64,000 nt of DNA from Salpingoeca rosetta (Eukaryota; Protista; Choanoflagellata). The stretch's first letter is position 1. The number at the start of each line of letters is the position of its first letter. The stretch lies in the NCBI GenBank assembly GCA_033442325.1, contig JAWQFM010000014.1:157263-221262 (forward strand), written 5' to 3'. Under the pieces are notes generated by a model, which ran no database searches, was not told the origin of the DNA, and was given only the letters and a program-made list of their open reading frames with translations. The translations under genes and the position numbers were made by a program. Below, piece by piece: positions 1-15,316 of the stretch.

Positions 1-525
1 GTGGCGGGGCCGGCCGTATGTGTACGATGAATACTATCACCCGACAGCGTGGCTTGGTCGCCTGGCTGTGGATTTCCTGAGCAACTACTCGAGGCCCGAA
101 CCCTTCTTCCTCAAGGTGCACACACATGTGGGGGAAGAGTTAGTGTGTGCGTGTGTGCGTGTGTGTGTACTTACATGCGTACGTGATGGTGGGGTGGACC
201 ACTTCTCAGCAACACTATCTCACGCACACGCACACGCATACACACACACATACATAAACACATATACATACACATACGTACATGTCCGCAGGTGTCATTC
301 CACCGGCCCCACTCGCCCTACGACCCGCCGCAGCGTGTCATCAATCAAGTCCAGTCCCGCGGGCTCCCGCCGCTGTATGTCGGCGACACCTGGGACGACA
401 TCTACGCAGACGACCTCGTGAGCAACACACACACACACACATGCATGCATGCATAAATGTGCATGCACACGCATGAATATGCCGACACGCTCTGACACAG
501 TTTCACACCTTCACACCTTCACACC

Positions 526-616
<91 letters not shown>

Positions 617-2222
617 GCACCCCTGCGTCCATGCCATGCGCCACAGGAGAACTGCGGCCCCCAGCTGGCGGACGCTGGTGCAGCAAAATGCCGGATGACG
701 AGCGCAACAACTCGCGCGTGTGTTACGCGGCGTCCGTCACGTTTGTGGACGAGCAGATTGGTTACATCATGCACACGCTGGAGAAGCGTGGCATGCTCAA
801 CAACACTTATATCTTCTTCACAGGGTGTTTTTTTTTTTCACATGTTCCTGCACGTGGCATGTTGCGTGTACATTCGCGTGTTGCGTGTCCACGTGCGTGC
901 GTGCGTGCGTGCGTGTACATTTGTCTTTGGACGCGCCGTGGTTTGGCATGTCTTCCTCTTCTCCCTTCCAACGCACGTTGCTGTCTCCTCACACATGTAT
1001 CCCGCTCCCATCACGTATACACAGACGATCACGGCGACGGCCAGTCCGATCACCGGCACTGGCGAAAGGGATTTCCCTACTTCTTCTCCGCACGCGTTCC
1101 CTTCCTCTTCCGCTGGCCAGATGGTGTCAACTTTGTACGTCCCTACCATTCGTGTGTTGTTNNNNNNNNNNNNNNNNNNNNNNNNNNNNNNNNNNNNNNN
1201 NNNNNNNNNNNNNNNNNNNNNNNNNNNNNNNNNNNNNNNNNNNNNNNNNNNNNNNNNNNNNNNNNNNNNNNNNNNNNNNNNNNNNNNNNNNNNNNNNNNN
1301 NNNNNNNNNNNNNNNNNNNNNNNNNNNNNNNNNNNNNNNNNNNNNNNNNNNNNNNNNNNNNNNNNNNNNNNNNNNNNNNNNNNNNNNNNNNNNNNNNNNN
1401 NNNNNNNNNNNNNNNNNNNNNNNNNNNNNNNNNNNNNNNNNNNNNNNNNNNNNNNNNNNNNNNNNNNNNNNNNNNNNNNNNNNNNNNNNNNNNNNNNNNN
1501 NNNNNNNNNNNNNNNNNNNNNNNNNNNNNNNNNNNNNNNNNNNNNNNNNNNNNNNNNNNNNNNNNNNNNNNNNNNNNNNNNNNNNNNNNNNNNNNNNNNN
1601 NNNNNNNNNNNNNNNNNNNNNNNNNNNNNNNNNNNNNNNNNNNNNNNNNNNNNNNNNNNNNNNNNNNNNNNNNNNNNNNNNNNNNNNNNNNNNNNNNNNN
1701 NNNNNNNNNNNNNNNNNNNNNNNNNNNNNNNNNNNNNNNNNNNNNNNNNNNNNNNNNNNNNNNNNNNNNNNNNNNNNNNNNNNNNNNNNNNNNNNNNNNN
1801 NNNNNNNNNNNNNNNNNNNNNNNNNNNNNNNNNNNNNNNNNNNNNNNNNNNNNNNNNNNNNNNNNNNNNNNNNNNNNNNNNNNNNNNNNNNNNNNNNNNN
1901 NNNNNNNNNNNNNNNNNNNNNNNNNNNNNNNNNNNNNNNNNNNNNNNNNNNNNNNNNNNNNNNNNNNNNNNNNNNNNNNNNNNNNNNNNNNNNNNNNNNN
2001 NNNNNNNNNNNNNNNNNNNNNNNNNNNNNNNNNNNNNNNNNNNNNNNNNNNNNNNNNNNNNNNNNNNNNNNNNNNNNNNNNNNNNNNNNNNNNNNNNNNN
2101 NNNNNNNNNNNGGCTGGACATGGAGCACAGCCCCGTCTCCACGCAACAGTGCATGGGACGCTTCTCATGGGTATGCAGGTTCTGTTCTCTTCGATCCGCT
2201 GTGTAACAGACTAAGTGTAAAT

Positions 2223-2253
<31 letters not shown>

Positions 2254-3469
2254 GATCTGTTTGCGTGTGTGTATGTGTGTGCGTCTGCGTCGTGCTTGCG
2301 TTTTGACTACACGATGCTTCCCCAATGTTGCTGTCCTGCACAGTTTGTGGCTCACGCGTTCATCCTCTCTTCCCCTCTTTCCATTTCATGGAGCAGATAC
2401 GGAAATGAAATACATTTTCCACGCATTTGACGCGACGGAGCAGCTCTTCAACATCTCCGCCGATCCACGTGCGTGCACACTCCTACCGCTGTGGCACCTA
2501 CGTACTCTACACACAGACACAGACACAGACACAGACACACACAACCTCTCAGTGCCTTGCACTCCTCAGCCATCCGTCTGTGTCTGTCAGCATCACGGCA
2601 GCCACACTCAGCCCCTCATGTACTCAACTTCAAACCCTTTCACCTCCACCGATGTCATCACCTCAGATGAACTGCACGATCTCAGCGGTGACCCGGCATA
2701 TCAGCTGGAACTTGCCCTCTGGCGCGGGCGAATGGGTAACGGCACACATGGCGTCGTGCATTGAGTGGTGGTGGATTGTTGGTTGGTGTTGTTGTGCTTC
2801 GTGGCTTGGTGTTTGTGTGTGTGTTTGGATGTGTGTGTGTATTTGATGTGTGGTATTCGAGTGTTTGGCTGGGGTTGAGTGAATGTGTGGTTTGATTGGA
2901 TGACTGATTATGTACTGTCATCTTACTCCAACTGGGTGCTTGCATTGGTGCACCGTTCTCATGCTTGCGCCACTTGCTTCGCCTCCCACCTTTTCCTTCT
3001 CACATTCCAAATGCTTCGGGCCACCACTGCTGCCACTTTATTTTGTTTTCAGTTGCGCAATTTGAGCGAGAGGGACGTGGGTCAAACTGGGTCGTCAACA
3101 GCACGCTCCTGCAGAGAACACACGTGCGTGTTGCATGTGTGGAATTGGTTGTTGTTTGGGGGGCGGGGGGCGGTAACGTAAGTGGTTGTTGTTGTTGTTG
3201 TCGTTCCCATCTCAACACCGCCACCGCCACCACTCCGATTATGCATCATCAGGGTCAAGTGTATTCTCCAAACTTTCCCCCGGGCCCAACGGCTCTCCCA
3301 AAGACACGCGTCGTCACAGACAGGTGCCAGCATAAGCACATTGTTTTGTTCAGTGTTGTGTGTTGTGTGTTGTGTGTTGTATGTTTGTGTTGTGTGTACA
3401 GTGGTTGGAGCATCGAGAAGTGTGTTGGTGCTGTGCCCCCTCTAATTAACACGCCTCACTCACTCAACG

Positions 3470-3541
<72 letters not shown>

Positions 3542-3979
3542 GCCTTTTCGCTGTCGTGCAGGAACGGGGTCATGTATGTGGACAAGTGCAGGGCGAACGA
3601 TGTGTCGCAGATGTTTTCGGTGGACAACAGGACCATCATTCACCTTGCGTCAGGCCTATGCGTCACAGCTCTGTCTACGAGCGCGTTTCAGGGCCCCGCC
3701 CCCATTGTCAACGCATACTGCGTGCCAGGCTCCACGCAACAGCAGTTTTTGATTGGCGCGTCTGGGCGCACGTGTGCAAACTGGTTTGACAGCCTGTGCA
3801 TCACGGTTGATGCGAGATACCCGGACACCACATCCAGGTGGTGGTCGCTTCCGCAGCAGCCGAAGCGGAAACAGCGGAAACAGCAGCAGCAGCAGCAGCA
3901 GTGGGGAGAACGACGGCAAGAAGAAGAAGGGCAGCAGCGCAAGCAGCGACAATGGGGACACGTTGCCAGCAGCCCGTGA
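1..3979 (+). CDS. Sulfatase (S1/arylsulfatase-like), 5'-partial, with C-terminal ricin-B-like lectin module
   Basis: Approximate exons: <1-115, 292-417, 647-~822, 1025-~1123, [gap], ~2112-2170, 2397-2468, 2667-2735, 3053-3123, 3253-3323, 3562-3979. Spliced peptides PFFLK|VSFHRPHSPYDPP, YAASVTFVDEQIG..L...GMLNNTYIFFT-DHGD, WRKG, MKYI..EQLFNISADP-ELHDL are sulfatase motifs. The last exon has C..QMF/GLC/C..QQF repeats. The catalytic CxPxR lies upstream of the window. Confidence 0.85.
531..612. repeat. (CA)n microsatellite in sulfatase intron
   Basis: Pure AC dinucleotide run in intron 418-646. Confidence 0.95.
1162..2111. other. Assembly gap (N run)
   Basis: Run of n characters. Confidence 1.
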
Positions 3980-4543
3980 TGCTCGTGGTGGATGGAAACA
4001 CTAGCGATGACATGTATTTGTTACACAACCCTGTTTTGGGATTGTTGGTTGGTTGTTTCACGTTGCCAACCAACCTACATGAACGCGCACACTGGTCCAA
4101 GCGACATTCAACAATAAACGTCACACAGACACAGACACAGACACAGCCTCTTGCGTTGCTTCGTTTGTGCTGCATGCTTTCATCGTGATGATTGTGTATT
4201 GTGTATCCGAGCATTGAGCGATTGATTGGGTGAATGGGGGGTGGTGAGGCAGTGAGAAGGACGCAATGAATATATACACACAGGGACACAACACAGGCCA
4301 CTGTGTCACGGCGAGAGTGTTCGTGACTGTGCAAGCTGTGGCTTCAAGCCTGCGGCACAACAGCACATGCATAACACAAGCGCCAGCACAGCGGCAGTGG
4401 AAATGGGAGGGAGGGAGAAGGGAGTGTTGTTGGCGGCGTGCGGGCGGCACATAATGCATGGAAAGGGGGCTCGAAAGAGCGACGAGTGTGGTCGGCGAGG
4501 AGAGAAGGGCGAACGAACGCAGACGAGAGAACGTCCACGACCG

Positions 4544-4544
4544 C

Positions 4545-4610
<66 letters not shown>
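4544..4610. repeat. (CAA)n microsatellite between convergent genes
   Basis: Pure CAA run. Confidence 0.9.
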
Positions 4611-4611
<1 letters not shown>

Positions 4612-5378
4612 CGAGTGCATGAAACAAGGGGAAACAAATAACCCAAATGGTGGTGCGGAACACACACACACACACCAGGAGATGCGCATACATGCTAAAT
4701 ACCAAAAGAAACCGGAGAACTAAGAAGGAGGTGCATTCAGTCAGAGCCAGCCAAACGAACGACAAATGGCACAGCCATACCCAGAAATAAATGACTGAGA
4801 TCAGCCAGTGAAGATTGCATGCAAGCACAACACAAAGTCAAAGAACACGCAAAACGACAAGGCGCAGTTAGGAAAACACACACACACACACACACACGCT
4901 GAGTACCGAAAGAGAGCCGAAACGGCAAACACCACAAGAACCGAGAAAGCGTGATGATGACATCTGTTAGGAGAGAGTACGTGATCTGAAGGTGAGGGAC
5001 GCACTGCGTCAGCATAAAAAAGGTGGCTGGAAGCTAATGCCACAAGTTCAGAGAAGAGGCGAATCGCATGCGATGATGAAACAGAGAGAGGGAGGGAGGG
5101 AGGGAGGGAGGGGGGACCGTTAGAAAGAAGGAGAAGGCCCTAACAAGGGCATGCTTGCTGGGAACCGAACAACGCAGCAAGGAAACGCGATGTGCATGCA
5201 GTTGAATATGCCGAAGGAACGGAGCGAGATGAGGTGGCAGGGAACACGATGGTGGCTCGAACGAGCAATGTGCTCGGCTTGGTTGTGTTGTGGAACAAAC
5301 ACGGCCGAAGATGAACGGGCTGTCACGTCAACGTTGTTGTTGGCGTCGATGGTGTCGGTGTTGGTCTCTCTGTGGAGT

Positions 5379-7189
5379 TCACGACTGTAGACACCGAGCA
5401 CAAGCAGCAAGCAACATGGGGACAGTGAGAAAGCGGTGAGAAAACCGCGAGTAAGCGCAAGTGTTCACACACATGCACACACACCCACACACCCACCCAC
5501 CCACCCACCCACACACCCACCCACACACAGAGGGGATGTGCATTCTCACGCCACACCCATCCACACCCACCCACACAAAGCCCCCCCCCCCTAAAAAAAA
5601 AAACAAAAAACAAACAAACAAAAAACAAAAAAACAAAAACAAAAACAAAAACACAATCGCCCCATAGCCACGTACGGTGAGGCGGTCGCGGATCTTGTCG
5701 TGGTAGTTCTGAACGGTCTTTGCGTCAAAGGAGAAGACGTCTGCCTTTGGACGCGCCGGCGGCGATGCGCGCTTGATCGGCGACCGCTTTTCAAGCCCAA
5801 CTCCGCCGTCCACGCCGAGCCCACTGCCACTGCCACTGCCACTGCTGTTGCTGATGCGGGCGTGCTGCTGCTGGTATTGCTGGTACTGCTGCTGGCGCTG
5901 CATCATGGTGTGTGCGTGCCCTTTGCTGTTGCTGCGGCGGCGCCGGCGCTGTGCAGGCGAAACGGACGAGTCTGCACGAACGCCAACCACGTGCACGCCG
6001 GCAAAGAGGGCGTCGATATCGCCGTGCAGCGTGCTGGCGCTGGTGGTCGCGGTCGTGGTCGTGGATGTGTCTTCGTCTTCTTCCTCGTCCACCTCCTGCA
6101 CAGCGGTGTGCCGCGAGGATGAGGTGGATCGAGACCGCTGTCTGCGGAGCGGCGCGTCCGACAGAAAGGCCAGCGACTCGCGCTTTGACTCTGCACCCGT
6201 GCATGTGCTGACAGGGGACGCGTTGCTCGCCGGGGCGGCGGCGTGTGGGGTGACGGCGCTTACGCTGAGCGCGTCTGCAATGTTGAGTGTCGGGCTGCGC
6301 TGGAAGATGTTGGGCAGGCTGCGGGAAACAGGTGGGCCGACCGGAGGCAGCGGGCGGCGGGTGTTTGCTCCCGCCGTTGGATGGACATCCGACGATCTCC
6401 CNNNNNNNNNNNNNNNNNNNNNNNNNNNNNNNNNNNNNNNNNNNNNNNNNNNNNNNNNNNNNNNNNNNNNNNNNNNNNNNNNNNNNNNNNNNNNNNNNNN
6501 NNNNNNNNNNNNNNNNNNNNNNNNNNNNNNNNNNNNNNNNNNNNNNNNNNNNNNNNNNNNNNNNNNNNNNNNNNNNNNNNNNNNNNNNNNNNNNNNNNNN
6601 NNNNNNNNNNNNNNNNNNNNNNNNNNNNNNNNNNNNNNNNNNNNNNNNNNNNNNNNNNNNNNNNNNNNNNNNNNNNNNNNNNNNNNNNNNNNNNNNNNNN
6701 NNNNNNNNNNNNNNNNNNNNNNNNNNNNNNNNNNNNNNNNNNNNNNNNNNNNNNNNNNNNNNNNNNNNNNNNNNNNNNNNNNNNNNNNNNNNNNNNNNNN
6801 NNNNNNNNNNNNNNNNNNNNNNNNNNNNNNNNNNNNNNNNNNNNNNNNNNNNNNNNNNNNNNNNNNNNNNNNNNNNNNNNNNNNNNNNNNNNNNNNNNNN
6901 NNNNNNNNNNNNNNNNNNNNNNNNNNNNNNNNNNNNNNNNNNNNNNNNNNNNNNNNNNNNNNNNNNNNNNNNNNNNNNNNNNNNNNNNNNNNNNNNNNNN
7001 NNNNNNNNNNNNNNNNNNNNNNNNNNNNNNNNNNNNNNNNNNNNNNNNNNNNNNNNNNNNNNACAAGACAAGCAAAGAAAGGCGAGGCAGGTGCTTGTGT
7101 CTGTCCTTGGCTTACCCTGCACTCATGGCTTCGGAGTACTTGGAGATCATCTCCGAGATAGTCGGTTCCTGCCGACGCGTGCCCGTCAT
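5379..7189 (-). CDS. Hypothetical low-complexity protein, interrupted by gap
   Basis: Exon 1 7189-7116 (MTGTRRQEPTISEMISKYSEAMSA, then GTAAG donor). After the gap, open coding-like frame 6401-5676 (..QEVDEEEDED..DVFSFDAKTVQNYHDKIRDRLT, then GTACGT donor). Likely tiny last exon 5384-5379. No recognisable domain. Confidence 0.55.
6402..7062. other. Assembly gap (N run)
   Basis: Run of n characters. Confidence 1.
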
Positions 7190-8345
7190 GTTGGTGTTGT
7201 GGTTGCTATCGTGGATTCACGGAAGACCTTGCTCGGGTGCTTGCTTGGTTGCTTGAGTTAGGAAGGAGAAGGCGCACAGAGCTGTCGGGAAGCACGAAGC
7301 AAACGAAAAGGCGTGCAGAAGGACGACAGCACGAGAGCCGAGACGAAGGCTAGTCGCACTGCGACAATGGTCTGTCAACAGACAACAAGTGGGGGTGGGG
7401 GGGGGAAACACGCCGACTCACAGCAGCGCGCTTCTTGTTATGTCTATGTTTGGTTTGTGGAGGTGGAGGTGGGAGGTAGGACGATAAAGAAGGAGATGCC
7501 GCGCCACAATCAAGGCAAGGCGAGGAAAAAGAGGAGTGGAGTGGAGTGGAGTGAGGTGGCACTTCTTGGCGACGAGCGTATGTGTGTGTGTTTGCGTGTG
7601 TGGTTTCGTGCGAGCTCGTGTCACGACGTCAAAGGGCTTGAGGTTTGGTGTGCTCAGCACAAGGTGGAAATACAACAACCAAACAAACAACACAACCCAG
7701 CAGCAGAGCAAGCAGCAAGGCGTGGCTGGTGAGGTGTCGATCAACGACAAACAACGCACGCAAGCAAGCGAAAGGCGCAAACGGCGAATGACAAGCAAGC
7801 AAGCAAGGACCACAGTGGAGAGGCTTTTGCTGTTGCTTGCTCGCCTGGCTCGGCGAACAGCGACTTCTTCTGCGAAAAGCGCTCGGAAGGAGAACAGGCA
7901 AAATCAGGAAAAAGCGCCATTTCTGTGATGATATAGACGAAAAATCACACTATCGTGACGTCAGCGAAACTGGGTTGCTAATGTTCCCTGTTCATTTTCA
8001 GAGATGCGAACGTGCATGCATGCACCACAAACGCCATCCCTCGCAACCCTGTTTTGCAGCGAATGTTGCGTTTCGGGCCAAATGGAAGGAGTAATGGCTG
8101 GACAAACCGCACGTGTGCACGAGGCCAGGCTGTTTGCACGCCAAGCAGGGGTCATTTCGGCGTGTGTGTGTTTGCGTGTGGTGTGCTGTGTGTGTGCAGC
8201 ACACCCAGCAACGGGCCAAGTTGCTGCTCTGGCTTGGGTTCGAAAAGTTGCGATGATGCGCGTTTGTGCGCTTTTGATTGAGAACGAAAAACGTCAAGGA
8301 CTCAACCACGACAGGCGACACACAAAGATAGGGTGGCTGCGGCTG

Positions 8346-12310
<3,965 letters not shown>

Positions 12311-12468
12311 TGTAAAATATACGATAATCGTCCACAACCAAAACAGCCAAACCGTTTCGCGGCCACCGCAACAACAGCAACACCGCCACACAGCAACAAC
12401 AGCATCAGACCGACTCACATCACAGCAAACACCACACCGCACACAACAGACAGCACAAAGTCATTGTC

Positions 12469-14853
12469 ATGTCTCAGGCGAGCACGCCGTCGCAGCGGCG
12501 GGACTTTAGCTCGCCGCCAATGAGCAGGACACGGGTCACGGGCGTGCGGCCCCGCTCAACGAGCGCCGCACACAGAGGCCGGTCACACACGCGGCTGGCG
12601 GCGCCGCCGCAAATTGGAGACAAGGTCACATCCTTGGACGGCGTGCGTCGCGGGACGGTGCGCTACGTTGGAGAGACCCAGTTCAAGGCGGGAACATGGG
12701 TCGGCATCGAGCTTGAGCAGGGCCTGCAGGGGAAGAACGATGGAGAAGTGGAAGGCGTCCGCTACTTTCAGTGCAGCGAGAAGCAGGGTGTGTTCCTGCC
12801 GATGCACCGCGTGCACGTCCTCCAGCGCGCACACGGCAGCGACAATGATCGGGACATGGTGGACATGAACGCACTGGCATCGGCCCACCGCCTGCTGCGG
12901 GAAGCGCGGTCCACGCACGAGAAGGAAGTGGAGGCGCTCGTGGCGGACCGCGACGCGCTGAAGCAGCAAGTGGACGCCCTGCAGCGGCGGCTGGTGCACC
13001 GCGACTCCAGCGCGGGCGCGGACACATCAAGCCTCGACGCCGTCAGCTTGCAGAGCATGCAGCAGGGCGTGAACACAAGCACCAGCAGCAGCCACATCCC
13101 GGGCGCATTCACCGCCACCACCACACGCACGGCCACGCCAACCTCGGCGTCCTTTGCCTCGCTCGCGGGCAAGCTGCCCGTGATTGATGCGACAGCGGCG
13201 TCCGAGGACACCCTCACCCAACAGCAGCTGCAGCAACTGCAGCAGCAACGGCGTCAGAGTGGCGGCAACGACTCCAACGCCACCTTGCACGACATCTTCT
13301 TTGCCAGGCGCAGCCGCAGTGGCACGGGCTACAGCCACTCTGACCTGGGCGGGGCTGCCTCATCACCGCCCCACACAACCGGCAGTAGCGGCGGTGGTGC
13401 CACGGCGCACCAGCGCGGCCTTGCACGCAGCGCACCACGGGCCGCCCAGCGCAGCAGCAGTCCAGGCAGCGTGAGCATGGGTGGCGGCGGTGGTCGACCA
13501 CGCCGTGGGTCGCTGCACTCCGACTCTGTTGCGGACAAGCTGCGTGGCGCGCGTGTGGAGGCAGAGCAGCTGCGGCGGGAGGCGGCCGAGGTACGCGGCC
13601 AGCTCCGCATGTGCGAGGCCGTGCTTGCAAGCAAAGACAAGCTGCTGGCAAGCAAGGAGGACCGCATCCGGGAGTTGGAGGCGCAGGTTGCGCACAAGGA
13701 CGCGGAGGTGGTGGCAGGGAAGAAGCAGGTGCAGGCACTGGAAGCGCGCTGTGCACAACTGCAGGAGCAAGTGAGCAAGCTTGAGGCACAGGCTGAGGGC
13801 AAGCTGACCTCCATGCTGACGGACAACGCATCCGCCCTGGGCACCATCGCCGCACGGCTCGAAGCGCTCTCAGCGAGGCGCGATGAGGGGGAGGAGAGCA
13901 AGGAGCGGCACAAGGAGGAGAAGAACATAAGCACGGGCGGCACAGGTGTTGGTGTTTGCGCATCAGAGCCAGAGCAAGCAGCAGAATCGTCACAGCAACC
14001 GCAACAGCAGCAGGAAGAGGAAGGGCAAGGGGAACCGCGTGCTGATGGCGGACGTGCACGTGTGCGGGATGGTGAAGTGCTGGCGATGCGCGAGTCCCTG
14101 GATACGGTGTGTCGGCTGCAGCACACGCTTGTGTCTGCGCTGCAGGAGTTGAAGGAGGACGTGTTGGCGTCCAAGGCGGCCGGTGACAAAGGCCGCCGCG
14201 GCAATGGCAATGGCAATGGCGATGGTAGTGATCATGGTGGTCGTGACGTGGCTGGGAATGGCGGTCGTGACACCACCATGGCCCACATCGACAACAACAA
14301 CGACAACGACAACACCAGCGACAACGACACCAGCACAGATGGCGGGACGCCGGAAGCACGTGCGGGTGACTCTGCGGCACAGGCACGCGGGGTGATGAAG
14401 CGAGTGGCGTCGAGAAAAGAAGATGGGGAAGAGGAAGACAAAGAGGAAGAAGAGCAGCAGCGACTACTGCTGGATGAGGTCGGGGAGGCGCTGGTGGGGC
14501 CGAGCACAGGGCCGTCGCTGCTTGACGTGACCAGCGAGAGTCTGAGCGAGATGCTATCGCTCCACTCGCAACACATTGAGAGCGTGCACCAGCTCATTGC
14601 TGGCGTTGACGGCGATGCTGCCGCTAGTGGTGGCGATGATGCTGTGGCTGTGGCCAATGAGGAGCTGGACACGGCTGTGCAGCAGCTGTTGGCGGATGTG
14701 TTGCACCGGTTGGATCGGTGTGAGGACACGGTGGATGTGTTGTACTCGCAGCAGCAGCTGTCCAGCCTTGCTGCGAGCGGCAGGTTTGCTTCCCTTGCCC
14801 GCAGCTTCTCTGCGGAGGACCCCATGGACGACGACGAGGACTACGTCTTTTGA
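12469..14853 (+). CDS. CAP-Gly domain coiled-coil protein
   Basis: 794-aa single ORF. IGDKV..RGTVRYVGETQFKAGTWVGIELEQGLQGKNDGEVEGVRYFQC..GVFL is a CAP-Gly domain with an intact GKNDG motif. Heptad-rich coiled-coil segments follow. Confidence 0.9.
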   Translation: MSQASTPSQRRDFSSPPMSRTRVTGVRPRSTSAAHRGRSHTRLAAPPQIGDKVTSLDGVRRGTVRYVGETQFKAGTWVGIELEQGLQGKNDGEVEGVRYFQCSEKQGVFLPMHRVHVLQRAHGSDNDRDMVDMNALASAHRLLREARSTHEKEVEALVADRDALKQQVDALQRRLVHRDSSAGADTSSLDAVSLQSMQQGVNTSTSSSHIPGAFTATTTRTATPTSASFASLAGKLPVIDATAASEDTLTQQQLQQLQQQRRQSGGNDSNATLHDIFFARRSRSGTGYSHSDLGGAASSPPHTTGSSGGGATAHQRGLARSAPRAAQRSSSPGSVSMGGGGGRPRRGSLHSDSVADKLRGARVEAEQLRREAAEVRGQLRMCEAVLASKDKLLASKEDRIRELEAQVAHKDAEVVAGKKQVQALEARCAQLQEQVSKLEAQAEGKLTSMLTDNASALGTIAARLEALSARRDEGEESKERHKEEKNISTGGTGVGVCASEPEQAAESSQQPQQQQEEEGQGEPRADGGRARVRDGEVLAMRESLDTVCRLQHTLVSALQELKEDVLASKAAGDKGRRGNGNGNGDGSDHGGRDVAGNGGRDTTMAHIDNNNDNDNTSDNDTSTDGGTPEARAGDSAAQARGVMKRVASRKEDGEEEDKEEEEQQRLLLDEVGEALVGPSTGPSLLDVTSESLSEMLSLHSQHIESVHQLIAGVDGDAAASGGDDAVAVANEELDTAVQQLLADVLHRLDRCEDTVDVLYSQQQLSSLAASGRFASLARSFSAEDPMDDDEDYVF

Positions 14854-15174
14854 CGCGTGCGCGCGCGTGGGCGTAGGTGGATGTTTGTGTTGTGTGTGTG
14901 TGTGTGTGCTTCGTGTGAGCGTTAGAAGTGTGTGTGTGTGTGTGCGGTTCATGTGAGCTTCAGATGTGTGTGTGTGTGTGTGCTTTTGCTTTGTTGGCTT
15001 CTTCCTTTGTGTTGTGTTATGTTACAACAGCGTGCCGACCTTGTTTGCACATTCGAGTACACAAGCTCGTGAACGGTTCATTTGAGGCAGGCCACGAACA
15101 ACAAGCTGTCACTGGCACTCGACCCACATGTGCTTCCACATGCCACCTGCTGCTTCACTATGCCACCCACCACC

Positions 15175-15268
<94 letters not shown>

Positions 15269-15316
15269 GTCACACGACGCACAAACTCACACGACGCACG
15301 AACTCACACAACACAG

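Noticed and set aside
660-830. Apparent frameshifts in the sulfatase (near 672-676, DA|WC, and at the donor near 822) suggesting a pseudogene or programmed frameshift
   Set aside because: They lie next to a long repeat and an assembly gap, where single-base errors are likely. The motifs are otherwise intact. Raw reads are needed.
449-2355. Long ORFs (500+ aa) in several frames
   Set aside because: Artefacts of translating through the N gap and CA repeats; the same applies around 6402-7062 and 30651-30750.
4367-4723. Poly-Q ORF on the plus strand
   Set aside because: Produced by a (CAA)n microsatellite in the region between convergent genes; no domain or splice support.
7956-7963. TGACGTCA (CRE-like palindrome) in the divergent intergenic region
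   Set aside because: A single 8-mer is expected by chance in 64 kb; no supporting evidence.
13214-14386. Long antisense ORFs over GC-rich exons (also 27839-29329, 34607-35635, 51796-53088)
   Set aside because: Shadow ORFs expected opposite GC-rich, low-complexity coding sequence; no domain signatures.
14851-14853. TGA read as selenocysteine
   Set aside because: No redox motif context, and I could not identify a SECIS element.
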